DNA of 64,000 bases from Lama guanicoe (Eukaryota). Positions 1 to 12,520 of this stretch are shown here, piece by piece. Location: positions 248,001 through 312,000 of the forward strand of contig MU054026.1 of assembly GCA_013239625.1 (NCBI GenBank), written 5' to 3'. The translations under genes were made by a program, and so were the position numbers. Within the stretch, counting starts at the first letter, position 1. Every line of letters starts with the position of its first letter. The notes below the pieces were generated by a model. That model made no database searches, was not told where the DNA came from, and saw only the letters and a program-made list of their open reading frames with translations.

Positions 1-14
1 AAAATTATCAAAAC

Positions 15-133
15 TCAGCTGCCTAAGTCCCACTCCAGACTTGCTGAATATGACTCTCCTTGGATGAGTCCTGGGAATCTGCATTGTCACAAGTTTCCCA
101 GGTGAATTTTGAGCCTGTAAAAGTTTGGGAACC
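15..133. mobile_element. MER5A-like hAT-Charlie MITE fragment
   Basis: cccactccagacttgctgaat...gggaatctgcatt...ttcccaggtgaatttt...aagtttgggaacca matches the recalled MER5 consensus. Confidence 0.6.
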
Positions 134-619
134 AACAAAATTAAATTCTGAGTTTTCCCATGACCTAAATCTTATTGTTGTATGCCCAAGACCTAACAGA
201 GTGTTTGGCTTATAGTAGCTACTGAAAAAAAAAAAGTTTTTATTTACAGAAATTCCCCTTTGTGTGTCCTGTTCCACAGTCCCCTCCCTCCCCGATACCC
301 ACTTCTGTCAAATAACAGCTCTGTTCTCTGAATTCTCACTTTAGTGCCACATCCATTCACTCAACATTTACAATGTATTGCCTTAACACAGCTTTTTATT
401 TTATCATTTTAATTTCTTCCTCAAATGTTACTAAATTTGTATAAACCTCCCCCTTTTTTTAATGGGATTATAAACTCTTTTGAGGAGAGTGACCAGATCC
501 CTTGCCTCGCTTCTCCCATCCATAGATTCTCAGTCCCAGTCAATACATTGTCATTTCACCCCAAAATAAAATACTTTGTTTTTAATTTTGTTTCATTGAA
601 CTAGAAACTTGTGTTTTTA

Positions 620-710
620 TTTGTTCAATAGTTTTATCGAGCACTTACTCGGTACCAGACACTTAACAAGATATTAGGTGCTCTGTTAACATATATAAAC
701 ATAATCAAGG
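620..710 (-). mobile_element. L2 3' end fragment
   Basis: ttcaatagttttatcgagcacttactcggtaccagacact resembles the reverse complement of the L2 3' terminus. Confidence 0.5.
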
Positions 711-1364
711 AATGAATACTTAGCAAATATGAACCTTCTTTCATTTTCTGGCTCCCCATCACAACACACACACTTCTAGGGGGCTGAGAGTATTCACTAG
801 AAGCTGGAAATGGGCAAAGCTCTGATAACAAAGTGATTTTTCAGGGAAGTTTAAGATGCTTATCTCAATAAATATCTATGCAATTCTCATCTCCACCTCA
901 ACCCAGAGAAAGAAGAAAGCCACTCTCTTTGCCCCTCCAATCTGTTGACGGACACTGTCCTATTCCCGGCATTCAGTCCGAGCTTTATCACATCACACTA
1001 CGTTGTTTTTTTCGCTGTGTGGCAGGGAAACGCTCTAATCAGTTTCATGGAAGGGTCTTGCAGAATCAAGGAGCTGTAGGCAAACCTGGCTGGCAGCAGG
1101 ACTTAGACATTTACAGATGGGGAGCCGGCTGTGAGGGAGGAGAAAGCAATTTAAAGAGACGTTGTCAAGTGTGAGAGATCTAAATATTTCATCTTTAGTT
1201 TCGTAATTTGTAGTTTGAAAAGTACCTGATTAGAAGTATTTTCACAAATTTTTTTTAACAAGAAGTAAAGAATTTTTTAATCATAGAATTACCCCCCTAA
1301 TAATAAAGTCAGGGAACGCTGCAGGGCAAATAGTAACTATCTTCAAATAAATATGGGGGGTTTT

Positions 1365-1398
1365 TTGTTTGTTAGTTTGTTTGTTTGTTTGTTTGTTT
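1365..1398. repeat. (TTTG)n microsatellite
   Basis: visible tandem TTTG units. Confidence 0.85.
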
Positions 1399-2143
1399 GC
1401 TGGAAGAGGCCTTAAAGATCAGCATCACGTATGATGAAATTGAGGCAACATTTGGTTCCCTGCTTAGGTGAAATGTCAATGTCAGGGACTCTTAGCAACC
1501 TTAAAGGGACAGTACACAACTAAGAAATCCTGGGCAAAACCGTGATCCAGGGTGGCACAGCCAGCCCGCAGATTTGCAGCCATGACTCCTCCTACCCCCT
1601 CTGACTACCTTCTGGGAGAGACTTTCCCCAGGTTCTAACCAACTCAGAAAAAAAAAAAGCGGTATATCTTCATAATGGATTTCAATTAGATATAAAAACC
1701 CCATCTCCCATGAAAACTTGGCTCCAGGGAACCTCTCCTTCCACATCCTCCTATTTTTCTTTTAAAGGCAGGAATGATGGCAAAGCCACGTGGGTACTTC
1801 AGCAGATGCCTGTCATGTGCAATTTATGAGAACTGAAAAAGGTAACTTTGTGCCTTGAAATCTCTTTGTCATTTGCCTATAGTGGAATCTAAAGTTCTCA
1901 CCACTGGAAAACATTGTTCCAAAGCCACTGAAGTTAAAAGCATTTTATCTTTGGAAAATTCCAGTCTCATGCTGCTGGTTCTGGGAAGGCTAACAGATCA
2001 ATTAAATAGAAGTCCTTGAAGCCCTGAGGACATGGGACATAGAGCCCATGCTGGGAAGAGCAGAGTCTGAAGCCTGGGGTCCTGCCTAGGGAAGCCAACG
2101 CCCCAGTGGTATAAAGGGGAGTCCCAATAAAGCCAGGTTACAA

Positions 2144-2423
2144 ATTTTATTTACAAGCCAGAAATAGACTCACGGGCATAGAAAACAAACTGTGGTTACC
2201 AGGGGGGATCTATAGATTAGGAGTTTGGGATTAACAGATACACATTACTATATATGAAATAAACAATAAGGACCTACTTTATAGCACAGGGAACTCTATT
2301 CAATTTCTTGTAATGAGCTGTAATGGAGAAGGAACTGAAGATATATATGATTGGCTTTCCTGTACATGTGAAACTAATGTTGTAAATCGACTAGACTTCA
2401 ATAAAAAAAAGAATTAAAAAAAA
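2144..2423 (+). mobile_element. 5'-truncated L1 3' UTR (cetartiodactyl-type) with poly(A) and TSD
   Basis: gaaatagactcac...atagcacagggaactctattcaa...cttcaataaaaaaaa; TSD aaagccaggttacaa (2129-2143) / aaagcctgattacaa (2424-2438). Confidence 0.85.
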
Positions 2424-2764
2424 AAAGCCTGATTACAATCAGTTGCTGAGTTACTGAGGGAAAGAAAGAAATGAAAGAAGAAAACCAAAAATGAGCCACC
2501 TAACTTCATAATTGGAGCTAAAGTTGATTTTGGATGGTCCGCAAGCAAAGCACAGTCTGACACAAGCTTAATGATTCATTCAGCAGGTAATGACTGCACA
2601 CTTGCTTGCTCTGTGTCAAATTCTCTGAAGGGATATAGAAGGGAGCTTAAGGTATGTGTTCTCCTCCTTAAAGAGATAGCAAAGGAGTAAAAGGACAAGA
2701 TTGACAGGAAACTAACAACAACAGAAATGCAATGGCTATGGTTTAGACATGTGCCCAACCAGCT

Positions 2765-3221
2765 GTGGACAAAGAATGTCGCCTGCCATCCCAGTAAACA
2801 AAAACTGTTGCCTGCTGTCAAGACCGTGAGTCACTGCAGCTGCCCTCGACAGTGTGCCCCACGGGATTCCGGATGGAGAAAACAGGATGCTGGCCCTAGA
2901 TGGCTAAAAAGCATGCCAAAGGAGTAATTTCAGTAAACCTAGACTCTCGCATCTTCCCTTACACAGAAAAGCACTAAAATCATTAACTTGAGATGTCTGG
3001 GGTTTTGTGTGTGTGTGTGTGTAATCAGCAAATGTTCGACTACATGTTTATTTTTCAGCAAAAACTCCTGTATAATCTGGCTTCTCCCTTACCTCTTCGG
3101 ATCAGTTCCTCAGAGCCATCTGAGAGTCTGTTCCCCAGGCTATAGTCCTCAGTAAGGTCCCTGAATAAAACATAACTGTCAACTCTTAGGTTTTGATTCT
3201 TTTTTTTTTTTTCAGCCAACA
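2765..3221 (+). mobile_element. ERV1-type solo LTR
   Basis: TG...CA ends, AATAAA at 3164-3169, typical ERV1 LTR 3' part (cccaggctatagtcctcagtaaggtccctgaataaaac); left boundary uncertain. Confidence 0.6.
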
Positions 3222-3764
3222 CAACATTTGCTGAACTATGACCAAGATTGTGAGTCAGGTATGTGGGAGTCCTTGCCTCCCTCCTAGCCTGATAGGGAAG
3301 ACGACCTCAGTACACAAGTAGCCCTAGTGGGATGGGAGATGAGGTCCAGGCGGGAGATATGAGCAAAACCTAAGCCATAAATGTGTGTGTCTGTGTGGGG
3401 AAGGGGGTGTTACTTCTCCTGCAGAAAATCTTCACTGTAAATGTGGCACTAAAACTGACCCTGGACTTGAAGGAAGGGTAGATTTCAAGACTTCAAGACT
3501 ACAAGAGCTGAAGTTCAGGGACAGAGTTTAAAGAAGGCCATGGAAGCAGGTATTCAGTGTCTGTTTGCAGAACTATGAGCAGACTTGTTGACTGGGCTGG
3601 AGAAAACCAGTGAGAATTTGGGTGGGTCTCACATGGCCTTGGAGATCTCGTCCTTTTCCCACTTCTTAGGCATCATGGATGAAGAGGAAACCTTGAAGGG
3701 TGCTTGGAGGCAAGGCTTATTTCTCTAACATAGTAGAGTGAATTAAACCCACCCTCAAGGCTCT

Positions 3765-3935
3765 GCTTCCTCATTTAACGTGTAAGTGACTTGGACAAAT
3801 CATGGAACCTCTTTAGCTTGTTTCCTCACCTGGAAAATGGAAATTTTTTTTTACTACTGGCTTTATAGGGTTATGAGAGCCAAATGAGATAAAGTTAAAA
3901 GAAAATCCTAGACAGTGTCACACAAATATTCATTA
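3765..3935 (+). mobile_element. MIR SINE
   Basis: MIR core: gtgacttggacaaatcatggaacctct...tttcctcacctggaaaatgg. Confidence 0.7.
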
Positions 3936-4649
3936 TCACCATTGTTATGGAAGTATGCCCAGCATGCCTGGTGGAAGCCATCCAGCACCAGGGCAGGACT
4001 CAGAATTAAATTAGTCTGTCCTGAGAAGACCTTATATTCTGGGAAAGTAAACAGCTACCTAAAATTGGCTACGAAGAGCTCAAAGAGCTCGTGTGAGGTA
4101 CATCTGGCTTCTGGCTTAGTCGCCCTCTTTGGATACCTCTCAAGCAGTGGAAAAGTTAGTGCACAGGGTTAGACAGGGTAGGTCACGCTGACCTTCTAGA
4201 AGTGTTTAGATGGACAAAATGCTACAAGAGCTTTTCAGAAAGAACAAAACCAAGAAAAAATTTTTTCTATACTTCTGATTGGTTAGAAGTCCTTTGTATG
4301 TCATAATGCTAATAGAATAAAATCTTTTAATAGAATCAGTGTATTTTTCCTAATTACAGCATAAATAAAATATACAATGAATTATAATTTTCTTTATATA
4401 TGCTTCAAAGACCTCAAAGAGTCTTAGGGAATCTTAAGGCTGGTTGATGAACACTTCTGGGTAAGTAAAAAATTAGATTGATAATAACTTTATTATAAGG
4501 ATATTCTGAATGATCTACCTAACAATTTTGTTCTGTTTTGATGCAAATGTGTGCTGTTGCCTTAATGAGCCCCACCCCAACTCTTCCTAATGAGTAAGTA
4601 CCATTATCTGCAGACTTCATGTGCATTTTTAGTACCAGTGAAAGACCAC

Positions 4650-5590
4650 AGTTAGAGTCAGGCTTTGGGGACAGTCACACAGGGTCCCACATTCAGAAAG
4701 ACCCCACACTGACTTTAATTGCTCTTAGTAGTAGTAGAAGCAGTGATTATGTCTTTGAACTTGAGTTTTATAAGCTAGTCTGATGGGACAATGGAGCATA
4801 AGTAGGAGCAGAAAAGAGTAAACAGAGAAAAAGTTTCACAATTTAGTATCTTCCGGTGGTGTGTTCTGGCCTGAGTTGGCCAATGGCTATATTTGCAGAA
4901 CAGCTCTTTCGACAGGACGCGTGACAACCAGGCTGACCTTGCAGGTGTTGTTTCCCATCTCCCACTGGACCTTGTTCTTAAGGCCTTGGTTTGCCTCCAG
5001 CCTATTCCACTAGAGCCATCATCATTGCCACTCTGTGACCTAGCCTGTATCTTCTTTTTGACCACTAAGCCATGCTACGTTTTCAGAAATATATGAGGGT
5101 GGTAATATATTAGTAACTGACTTTTGATTGTAAGAATGTTATTAATTTTCTGTTTTAATCTATGATGAAGAAATATCCCCTATCAATTCAGCCATGTTTT
5201 CCAAAGTTGTTCTTGAAAATAAAAGCCAAAGAAATATTAAGCAACTTACTCAGAAATTCAAAGTGAAAACAATGAGTTAAGATTAAAATTCCAAAAGGTC
5301 AAATTAGCATCTGTTTTGGCTGCTGTTTATCTAATCCCTTTCATGGGACTATGTTTGGATTTCTCTTTCATTTTCAGTACTCCAGCACATTCCAATTTGT
5401 TTTAAATGGATGCAGGACTCAGAAACACACACACTGATGTGTCAACAAATGCATTTGTTAAATTCAGTCTGTACATACTGATGTTCTGTTTAGAAGGAAG
5501 TCAGACAATATATAAAAGCTGTAGGGAAAAGTTCCTTTGCATAACAAAAGAGCTAATGCATCAAGTTATGGTTTGTTAATGGCATTCAAT
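4650..5590 (+). mobile_element. hAT-Tip100 (Zaphod/MER91-like) DNA transposon relic
   Basis: cagggtcccacattcagaaagacccc...tttgaacttgagttttataag...gatgggacaatggagcat resembles the recalled Zaphod/MER91 left end; right boundary uncertain. Confidence 0.4.
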
Positions 5591-6624
5591 TAACACATAA
5601 CTATTGTTAGTTGATTAAAAATTAACTGTGAATAACCATTTAGCATTTAGCACTTACAAATGTTCCTTGATTTATTAAAATTGTGGGAGCTAAGGAGTCT
5701 GGGGAGAAGCTAGAAATATTTAGTTAGATTTTTTTTTCATGAAAATTTTAGGCACATTGTGAAATTCCTCCCTAGTAAATATACGTTTGTAAATCAATCT
5801 TCATGTTTTAAGCGCTTGTGAAGAATTTTGCAGACCTCCTGTTTTAAAGGCACTTGAGAAATAACTGTCTGCCAGGGAGAGAAATCCCATCAGTTTTCTT
5901 GCTGTTCCTATACAGATGGCAGACCATACTGTGAAATTTGCTGTTCTTCGATTGCTCCATTCTGCACACGCCCCAAGGAATCTCAGAATTGTAGAAACTA
6001 GAGATGTAATAGACTAACTAGGTCATCTATTCCAATAGAAATTTTACCAGATTTATACAAGACTCTTTTGAATTTCCAATACAACTTACTTCCAAGGGGG
6101 TCCAAATGCTGAACAGAAAATTGGCTTTATTTTTTTCCAACCACTCTAGCATCATATATTATGTTCTACTATTAATCATGTTTTTGTCTTGTGAAGATAA
6201 CACACCATCAGAATGTGCATGTGAAATTGCTTTTCCAACAAAGGGATTAGATTTGCAGTGATCCATTTCTAGGCTCTCATCTGCACCCCCACACCCAACC
6301 CCAATCCAATGACTATATTCTCGAGACAACTGTCTGAGATCTCAGGAGTATTCCACAGCCCTGAAAGAATGAATGTGCAGGTCAATGGCCTATGTGTGCA
6401 TAATATTCAACAGTTTGGTCTCTTTAAAAGCATGCACTAACCAATCAAAATACCAGCTACAGATGTATTACATCATTACTCTAAAGTCATTTCAGCATAT
6501 TTTTGAACACTGTGTATGTGTAAAGAATTCCCAGGGAAACCAAGAAATTTGAGACACTGTCTCAAGCCTTAAAAAGTCTGCATTCTTGGGTAGAGGAAAA
6601 ACCATTCAATACACAGAACTTCAC

Positions 6625-7110
6625 GTGGCTATCCACTCCTTTTGTGTGTCTTCCTTCATTCCTCTGTCCCTGCAGGGAATATTCTTTCTGTGGTTCAGAT
6701 GGCACTGACCCCACAGTAACTCACACCTGTGGTGCAGAAATAATCAACAATCTAAGTTTGCAAATTAGGGTCCTCCCAGGAATTTTATGCTAAAAGGCTG
6801 TAAGAAAATTTCCCTCTATCACCAGAGGTCATACACATCCTAAACTGGGAGATAGAGGGCCAGAGGCTGCCAGTGGCAACTTACCCAACACATGGAGAGC
6901 CCATCTGTGAAAGATGCCGGGGTAAGAGAAGCAAAGACTGTGAGTCTTGACAGTATCTTTGAACTTCTGAATTCAGCTGCTCCTGAACCTACATTCAAAT
7001 TTTTTATTGCTCTGTTCCGTGACCTCCCATAAAAGATCTCCTTCCTTTAAATTGAGACAATTTGAGTTGCGTTTCTATTACCTATAACTGAAAAAGATCT
7101 AACTAACATA
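6625..7110 (+). mobile_element. old MLT1 (MaLR) solo LTR
   Basis: 3' part tttgagttgcgtttctattacctataactgaaaaagatctaactaaca is typical of MLT1J/K/L. Confidence 0.6.
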
Positions 7111-8598
7111 GAGAGACACCTGCCAAGTGAGATACACAGATAAAGAGAGTTATGGGAGCACAGGGTAGAAGTTGAAGGGAGGAATTTCCAGAGAAGATGG
7201 AGCTTGAGCTATGCTTTTAAGAAACTGGGAAGACAGAAAGAAGAAAAGAGGCATTTGCATGGAAGATGGTGTATAAGAATGCTGAAAAGCACAAGCCAGT
7301 TTCAAAGTTCAGAGAAGATCAAGTTTGGGTGAGCCAGAAGCTATGTATAGGATAAGATGTGGAGGTAAAGACAAAAGTCTTTACTTTGCTTAACAAACGT
7401 GGAACGCAATTGGTAATCAGTGTTTCTGAATAAACTTTGAGAAGAATAAAATGTTGAACAAATATCATTTCACCATTATGGAAAACCAGCACAAATTAGA
7501 TTCATTCGTAAAAGCTTTACCAGGCACTCTCTTTCCCCAGGAGAGGATTCTGAGAACAAGCACTGAGAAGGCAGCTTGGTGGTAACCAGCACGACACATG
7601 CACTTCTGGCTCATCTACAGACTTGAGCTTCCAGGGCCATCCACCCAACATTTGTCATAATGACATAATCCTCTTAGAAAGACCAATAGAATCGACTCTC
7701 TGTATAGATTGCAATTTTTCTCCTCTCTTGGTCTCTTATCTCTGAAAAATTATTCAGTTAGATACTCTATTTCTCCTTCACACCATCCCAAGCTTTTGTT
7801 TCTCTCCTTCTTACATTCCATACCCTGACTTTCTCTTGACTTAGTGTGTTTGTTGTGTGTAGGATACAGAAGAGAAAAGCTTAGAATGTTTTCTTCATGT
7901 GCACCTGAAAAGTTCTTATGTACTTATGGACAGCATGGAAAACATATGCCAAAATGTCAAAATAATTATCCAGCCATCCTGCTTCTTTGGGAGCAGTGGT
8001 GAGGACTCTGCAGTAATTTATAAAGACAAATTTTTTTAAACCACACTAATAGGAATATATAGTCAGACATATATGGCTATGGATACGGATGTGGATTTAG
8101 ATGTAGGCAGAGGTGAAGGTAGAGACAGAAGAAGAGGTAGGGGAGAGGGAGGGGGAGACCATGTCTGCAATCTGCAAGTACCAAGGCCATTTATACCGTC
8201 TGGTTCTGATCGCCCCTTTCCCAGTGACTTCTGGTCAACCCACATTCCTGTTAGTTCTGTAAGACCTGTTAAATAACCTGTGTCTTTTATTAGAGTAAGC
8301 TCACTTGTGAAGGGAGTATATTTTCTGCGTGTTAGATCACAATTGGTAGAAAAGGTAGAATCATTTGAACCACTTCAGAATGTTGGCTGGGGAAGAGCTA
8401 AGGTTCAGCCATGTCTGACTAAGAAGAAGAGAGCAGGCAAAACCTTTTTCCACAAGTGCGATTTTTTTCATCTACACATTTACAGTACATACTTATGCCC
8501 ATATATCTAACAGTCAGAGAGAGATGAATTTGCAGTAGGGGCAGAGATTGCGATGAAACATGGAAGCCAATTGTACAATTTCTAAATAATCAAATTAT

Positions 8599-8699
8599 AT
8601 TAATAACTTAGTTAATAAACATTGATTGAGTACCTACTATGTTCTAGGCATTAATAATTTAGTTACTAAATGCTGATTGTGTACCTACTATATTATAGG
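8599..8699. repeat. 51-bp-period tandem duplication of an L2 3'-end-like sequence
   Basis: attaataacttagttaataaacattgattgagtacctactatgttctagg followed by attaataatttagttactaaatgctgattgtgtacctactatattatagg. Confidence 0.8.
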
Positions 8700-9224
8700 T
8701 TCTTCTGACTGGCCTAAGAATTAAACTGACATGAGACAGATTAACAGAAGACAATCAAACAAAGTTTAACAACATGTATACGTGGGAGAGACCCAGAAAA
8801 ACTGGGTAAGTTGTCAAAATGGCTCAAGCCCTCACCTTAGATACCTTCTTCAGCTAAAGACAAAGGAGGATGTGGAGGGGAGTGGTTTAGGGCTCCAAAG
8901 GAGAGAAAGACAATTGTCATGGAAACAGAAAAGCAAATGTTGGTATACAAATGTTTGCTGGGCCAGGCAGAGACAACGAGACAGACAGTAGATTCAGACC
9001 CCTTGACCCTGCCCAAGTCTCCCGCACCACACCTAGCTCATATTCTTTGCAGACACTTCTGGTGATAGCTCTATTCTTATAATAGGCTCTCTGTCTAAAT
9101 TCTTCAGGCATGTAGGGGGAAGGTCAAAGTTTCTTCCTGAATCTTTTGGGCCTTGATTGCTTTCAGCTCAAAATAATCCACACACCAAAGACAATTTGGG
9201 GGTGGCAAATTTTGTCCCCATACA
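8696..9224 (-). mobile_element. MER34-like ERV1 solo LTR, 3' tip missing
   Basis: minus strand starts tgtatggggacaaaatttgccacccccaaa and aligns along its length to the copy at 11455-12005. Confidence 0.8.
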
Positions 9225-10124
9225 GCGTCAACTTAACTATGTAACATGGCACACATGTTCATGTGCCTGAGTTCTAGGCCATAAATTTGCTGAGTGATCT
9301 AGTCTGTGGCTTTCTGTAATCACAGAACCAAAGCAATGTCAGATATGTGGTAGATGGTCAATATTTGTTCAACAGATTAGTGGTTTGATGATTAGATGAT
9401 ATAATGCAAGCAACGTATAGAATAAGCATTCCATCTATGTTACTGTTCTCATTATTATAATATTTAACGAGTAGAAGAAGAAGAACCTGAAAAGATTGAG
9501 AGATAAGATAAGAAGGGAATCAGAAAACGATAATGTCACATTAGCCATGCCTCTGGTCATCACGGATTTCCTCTTTGGACTTCCCTCAAAACCCCACATT
9601 GCCTGACTTATTTCTACTTGTCCACTAAGACTTAGCTTCTGTGCCAGGAACCACCAGTCTGGGCTACATGCTCTCCCCATCCACCTCCCCATATTCAGCA
9701 TTTATAGCCTCTGGAAACCATCAGAGTTAATACCATGAAGGCAGGAGTAAGATGGGTTTGTCCATGATTTAGATTCTTTGCTGACCTCATGTATTTATCC
9801 AGCCTATATTTACTGAGCACCTACCCTGTGATATACACCAACATTTAGGGGGTAAATAATATCATATCTCAAGACTAGCCCAAAGAGTAAGCTTTTTCCA
9901 GAAGTTATGAGACATAAACCCGCCTTCACATGGAAGCAGCTTTTGTAGGTCACTCCCATTACCCTAACAACCCAAGCCCATAGTCAGCCACATTGTAAGG
10001 AAATTGATGTAATCTGGCCATTTGTCCTCAGGCACAGTCCATAAAGTTAAATGTCTCTGGAGGTCAAGTAAGAGGAGGCCTGAAAAGTCTTCTAAATTAA
10101 GTCTTAGGTGTTCCTTCATACTCT

Positions 10125-10560
10125 CTGCCAGGAATGTTGAAGTGAAGTGCAGAGATGGAAATCAGAAGGCAGTGGCTTCAATGCGAGGTCAAGAAGCTTA
10201 ACTCTCACGCAAAGGAGAGAGGGCGATGGTTTCTAGAGGGGAGTGTGGAATAGAGAGAGATTGATTTGAGGATTTTTCTTGTTGTTGTTTTTAAGACAGA
10301 AGAGTCTTGAGCATATTTAGAAGGCAAATAAAAAGAACCAATAGAAAGAGAGGTTGAAAATGAGGGGAGAAGCAGAAAATATCAATATCTTAGGGAAGAG
10401 GGATGAGGAAATGTGAGCAGCTCTGGAGGGTTCACCTGCTCCTCAGGAAAGCAGAGGGGCTGGGGTGAAAGTGTACATTTCTCAGAAAGTAAAAGGCAAG
10501 GTCATCTGCCATGATGGGGACAGAATCAGGTTTGGGGACTTTGGGGATATGATGAAGTGA
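10125..10560 (-). mobile_element. L2 internal fragment
   Basis: purine-rich degenerate L2-like sequence (gagtcttgagcatatttagaaggc...ccaatagaaagagagg). Confidence 0.45.
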
Positions 10561-11454
10561 CCCTTCAGGATACTAGGTCTTTAGGAAGGCTGGAACTAGT
10601 CCTTACTTTTGTAGAGATGCCAGCCTTCACCATGGAGCTAGGCTGGCCATGGAAGGAGGTAAAACCGTGCTGGGTAGCAACCTGGAAAAAAAAGGGAGGG
10701 GAGAGTGTTTGGGAGTCCCTCACATTAGGAAAGATAGAAGACGGGTCAGGACCACAGAACCAGTTTGAGATTTTAATTGATTAAAAGAAAGAAAAACCTA
10801 AAGTATAACCTTGGAATTATGAGCCTGAGGTAGAAGGGATAAGTATAATTTTAAGCTTAAGGCTGGGCAAGAGGGTTAAGTAGGTTTTGTCTCATGAAAT
10901 TCTATGTTGACAAGGATTCTAGGGGTCCAACAAAGCTTAATAGAAAAGAGAGCTATAGTCAAGGAGTAATACCTGCCCTGAGAGAATAAAAGTAGAAATA
11001 AATAATGACTTTCTGTCCCCTCTTGCTTAGGCTGTCTACATGGGTATTGAAGTCACCAAAGACTTTAAAGAGCAGAGCGACAAGTTAAGGGAGGAATCAA
11101 AATCTTTGATGCAAAAGGACAATAGAGGGTAACTGCCAGTTGCATGAACCCAAAAATGGAAGGATTTTTTTCCCATGATCATGTCAGAGTAATGATCTGG
11201 AAACAGCAAAGTAAATTAACAAAATACTGACAAAATATTAGATAATGTGCCATTCTGCTAGAATAAGGCAGATGATGGCTTTAGGTGAAATTCACTTTTC
11301 CACTAAGTACACTGATGGACAGGAAGAAAAGAAAAAGTGTCTTAACCAAACCATGGAATTGTTCTCTATGATACGTCCTCTTTGGGTTTACCATGGAGAA
11401 AATCTGGCTTACCTTTGTGCATAAATCACTGAGATATGTCAATAGCACTGAATT

Positions 11455-12005
11455 TGGAGAGGAACAAAATTTGCCACCTCTAAATGTCTCTTTGGCATGC
11501 AGATTATTTTGAGCTAAAAACAATCAAGGTCCAAAAAGACTCAGGAAGAAATTTTGACCTTCCCTCTAACAGCTTGAAAAGCACAGATAGAGAATTTGTT
11601 CCAGGAAGGAGCTATCACCATAGACAATGCAGTATGAAACAGGTGTGTAGACAGGGAGGAACTTAGTAAAGTCTGTTTGTTAGAATTCCCCTCTGTGTCT
11701 CTGCCTGGCCCAGTAAACATTTGTTTATCAAACATTTGCTTTTCTGTTTCTGTGATGATTGTCTTTCTCCTCTCTGAAGTCCTAAACCACTATCCTCCAC
11801 ATCCTCTTTTGTCTTTAGCTGAAGAAGGTATTTAAGGTGAGGGTTTAGGCCATTTTGGCAAATGACTCAGTTTTTCTGGGTCTCTCCCATGTATATATGG
11901 GACTAACTTTGACTTTTCTCCTGCTAATCTGTTTCATGTCAGTTTAATTCTTAGACTAGCCAGAAGAACCTAGGAGGGTAGAAGAATATTCCTTCCTCCC
12001 TGACA
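11455..12005 (+). mobile_element. MER34-like ERV1 solo LTR
   Basis: aaaatttgccacctctaaatgtctctttggcatgcagattattttgagct matches the recalled MER34A 5' end; ends ttcctccctgaca. Confidence 0.8.
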
Positions 12006-12054
12006 GATGGGTAAGTGGGTAACAGTCATCTGAAAGACCATTCTGAAATGACAT

Positions 12055-12520
12055 TCTCTGATTCAAAGCCTTCCATCGAAAGCCCATAATCCTCAGCCTG
12101 GTTTCACTCTAGTTTTCTATTTCTCCTACCCCTCCTCTCACTGCCTTTCTGCCCTAACCAGGCTGAAGTGTCCACAACCACCGCCTAGCCCCACCTCTCA
12201 TGCTTTTTCCCTCTTTTAGCATCTTCCCCATCTCAGGGGCCCTTTGTTTCATTCTGGCTATTAAAATCTTTCCTGTCTTTTCAAGCCCAGTCCATTACCC
12301 ATTCATTTCATGAACTTTTCCTTTGGTGCCAGAGAATTATGACACCATCACCTTCTGTAATCACTTGCACCCAATCAGTTGTGATATATTTTTTTATCAC
12401 CAACAAATGTATTAGATCCTTGCATGCAAGAACAATCTAGGTCTCCTCCTTCTTTTCATCCCCTACAATATCTGACATATATTAGATACTCAGTAAATAA
12501 CTGATGGATAAACAAGTCGA
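12055..12520 (+). mobile_element. L2 3' fragment
   Basis: ends acaatatctgacatatattagatactcagtaaataactgatggataaa, the L2 terminus pattern. Confidence 0.5.
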
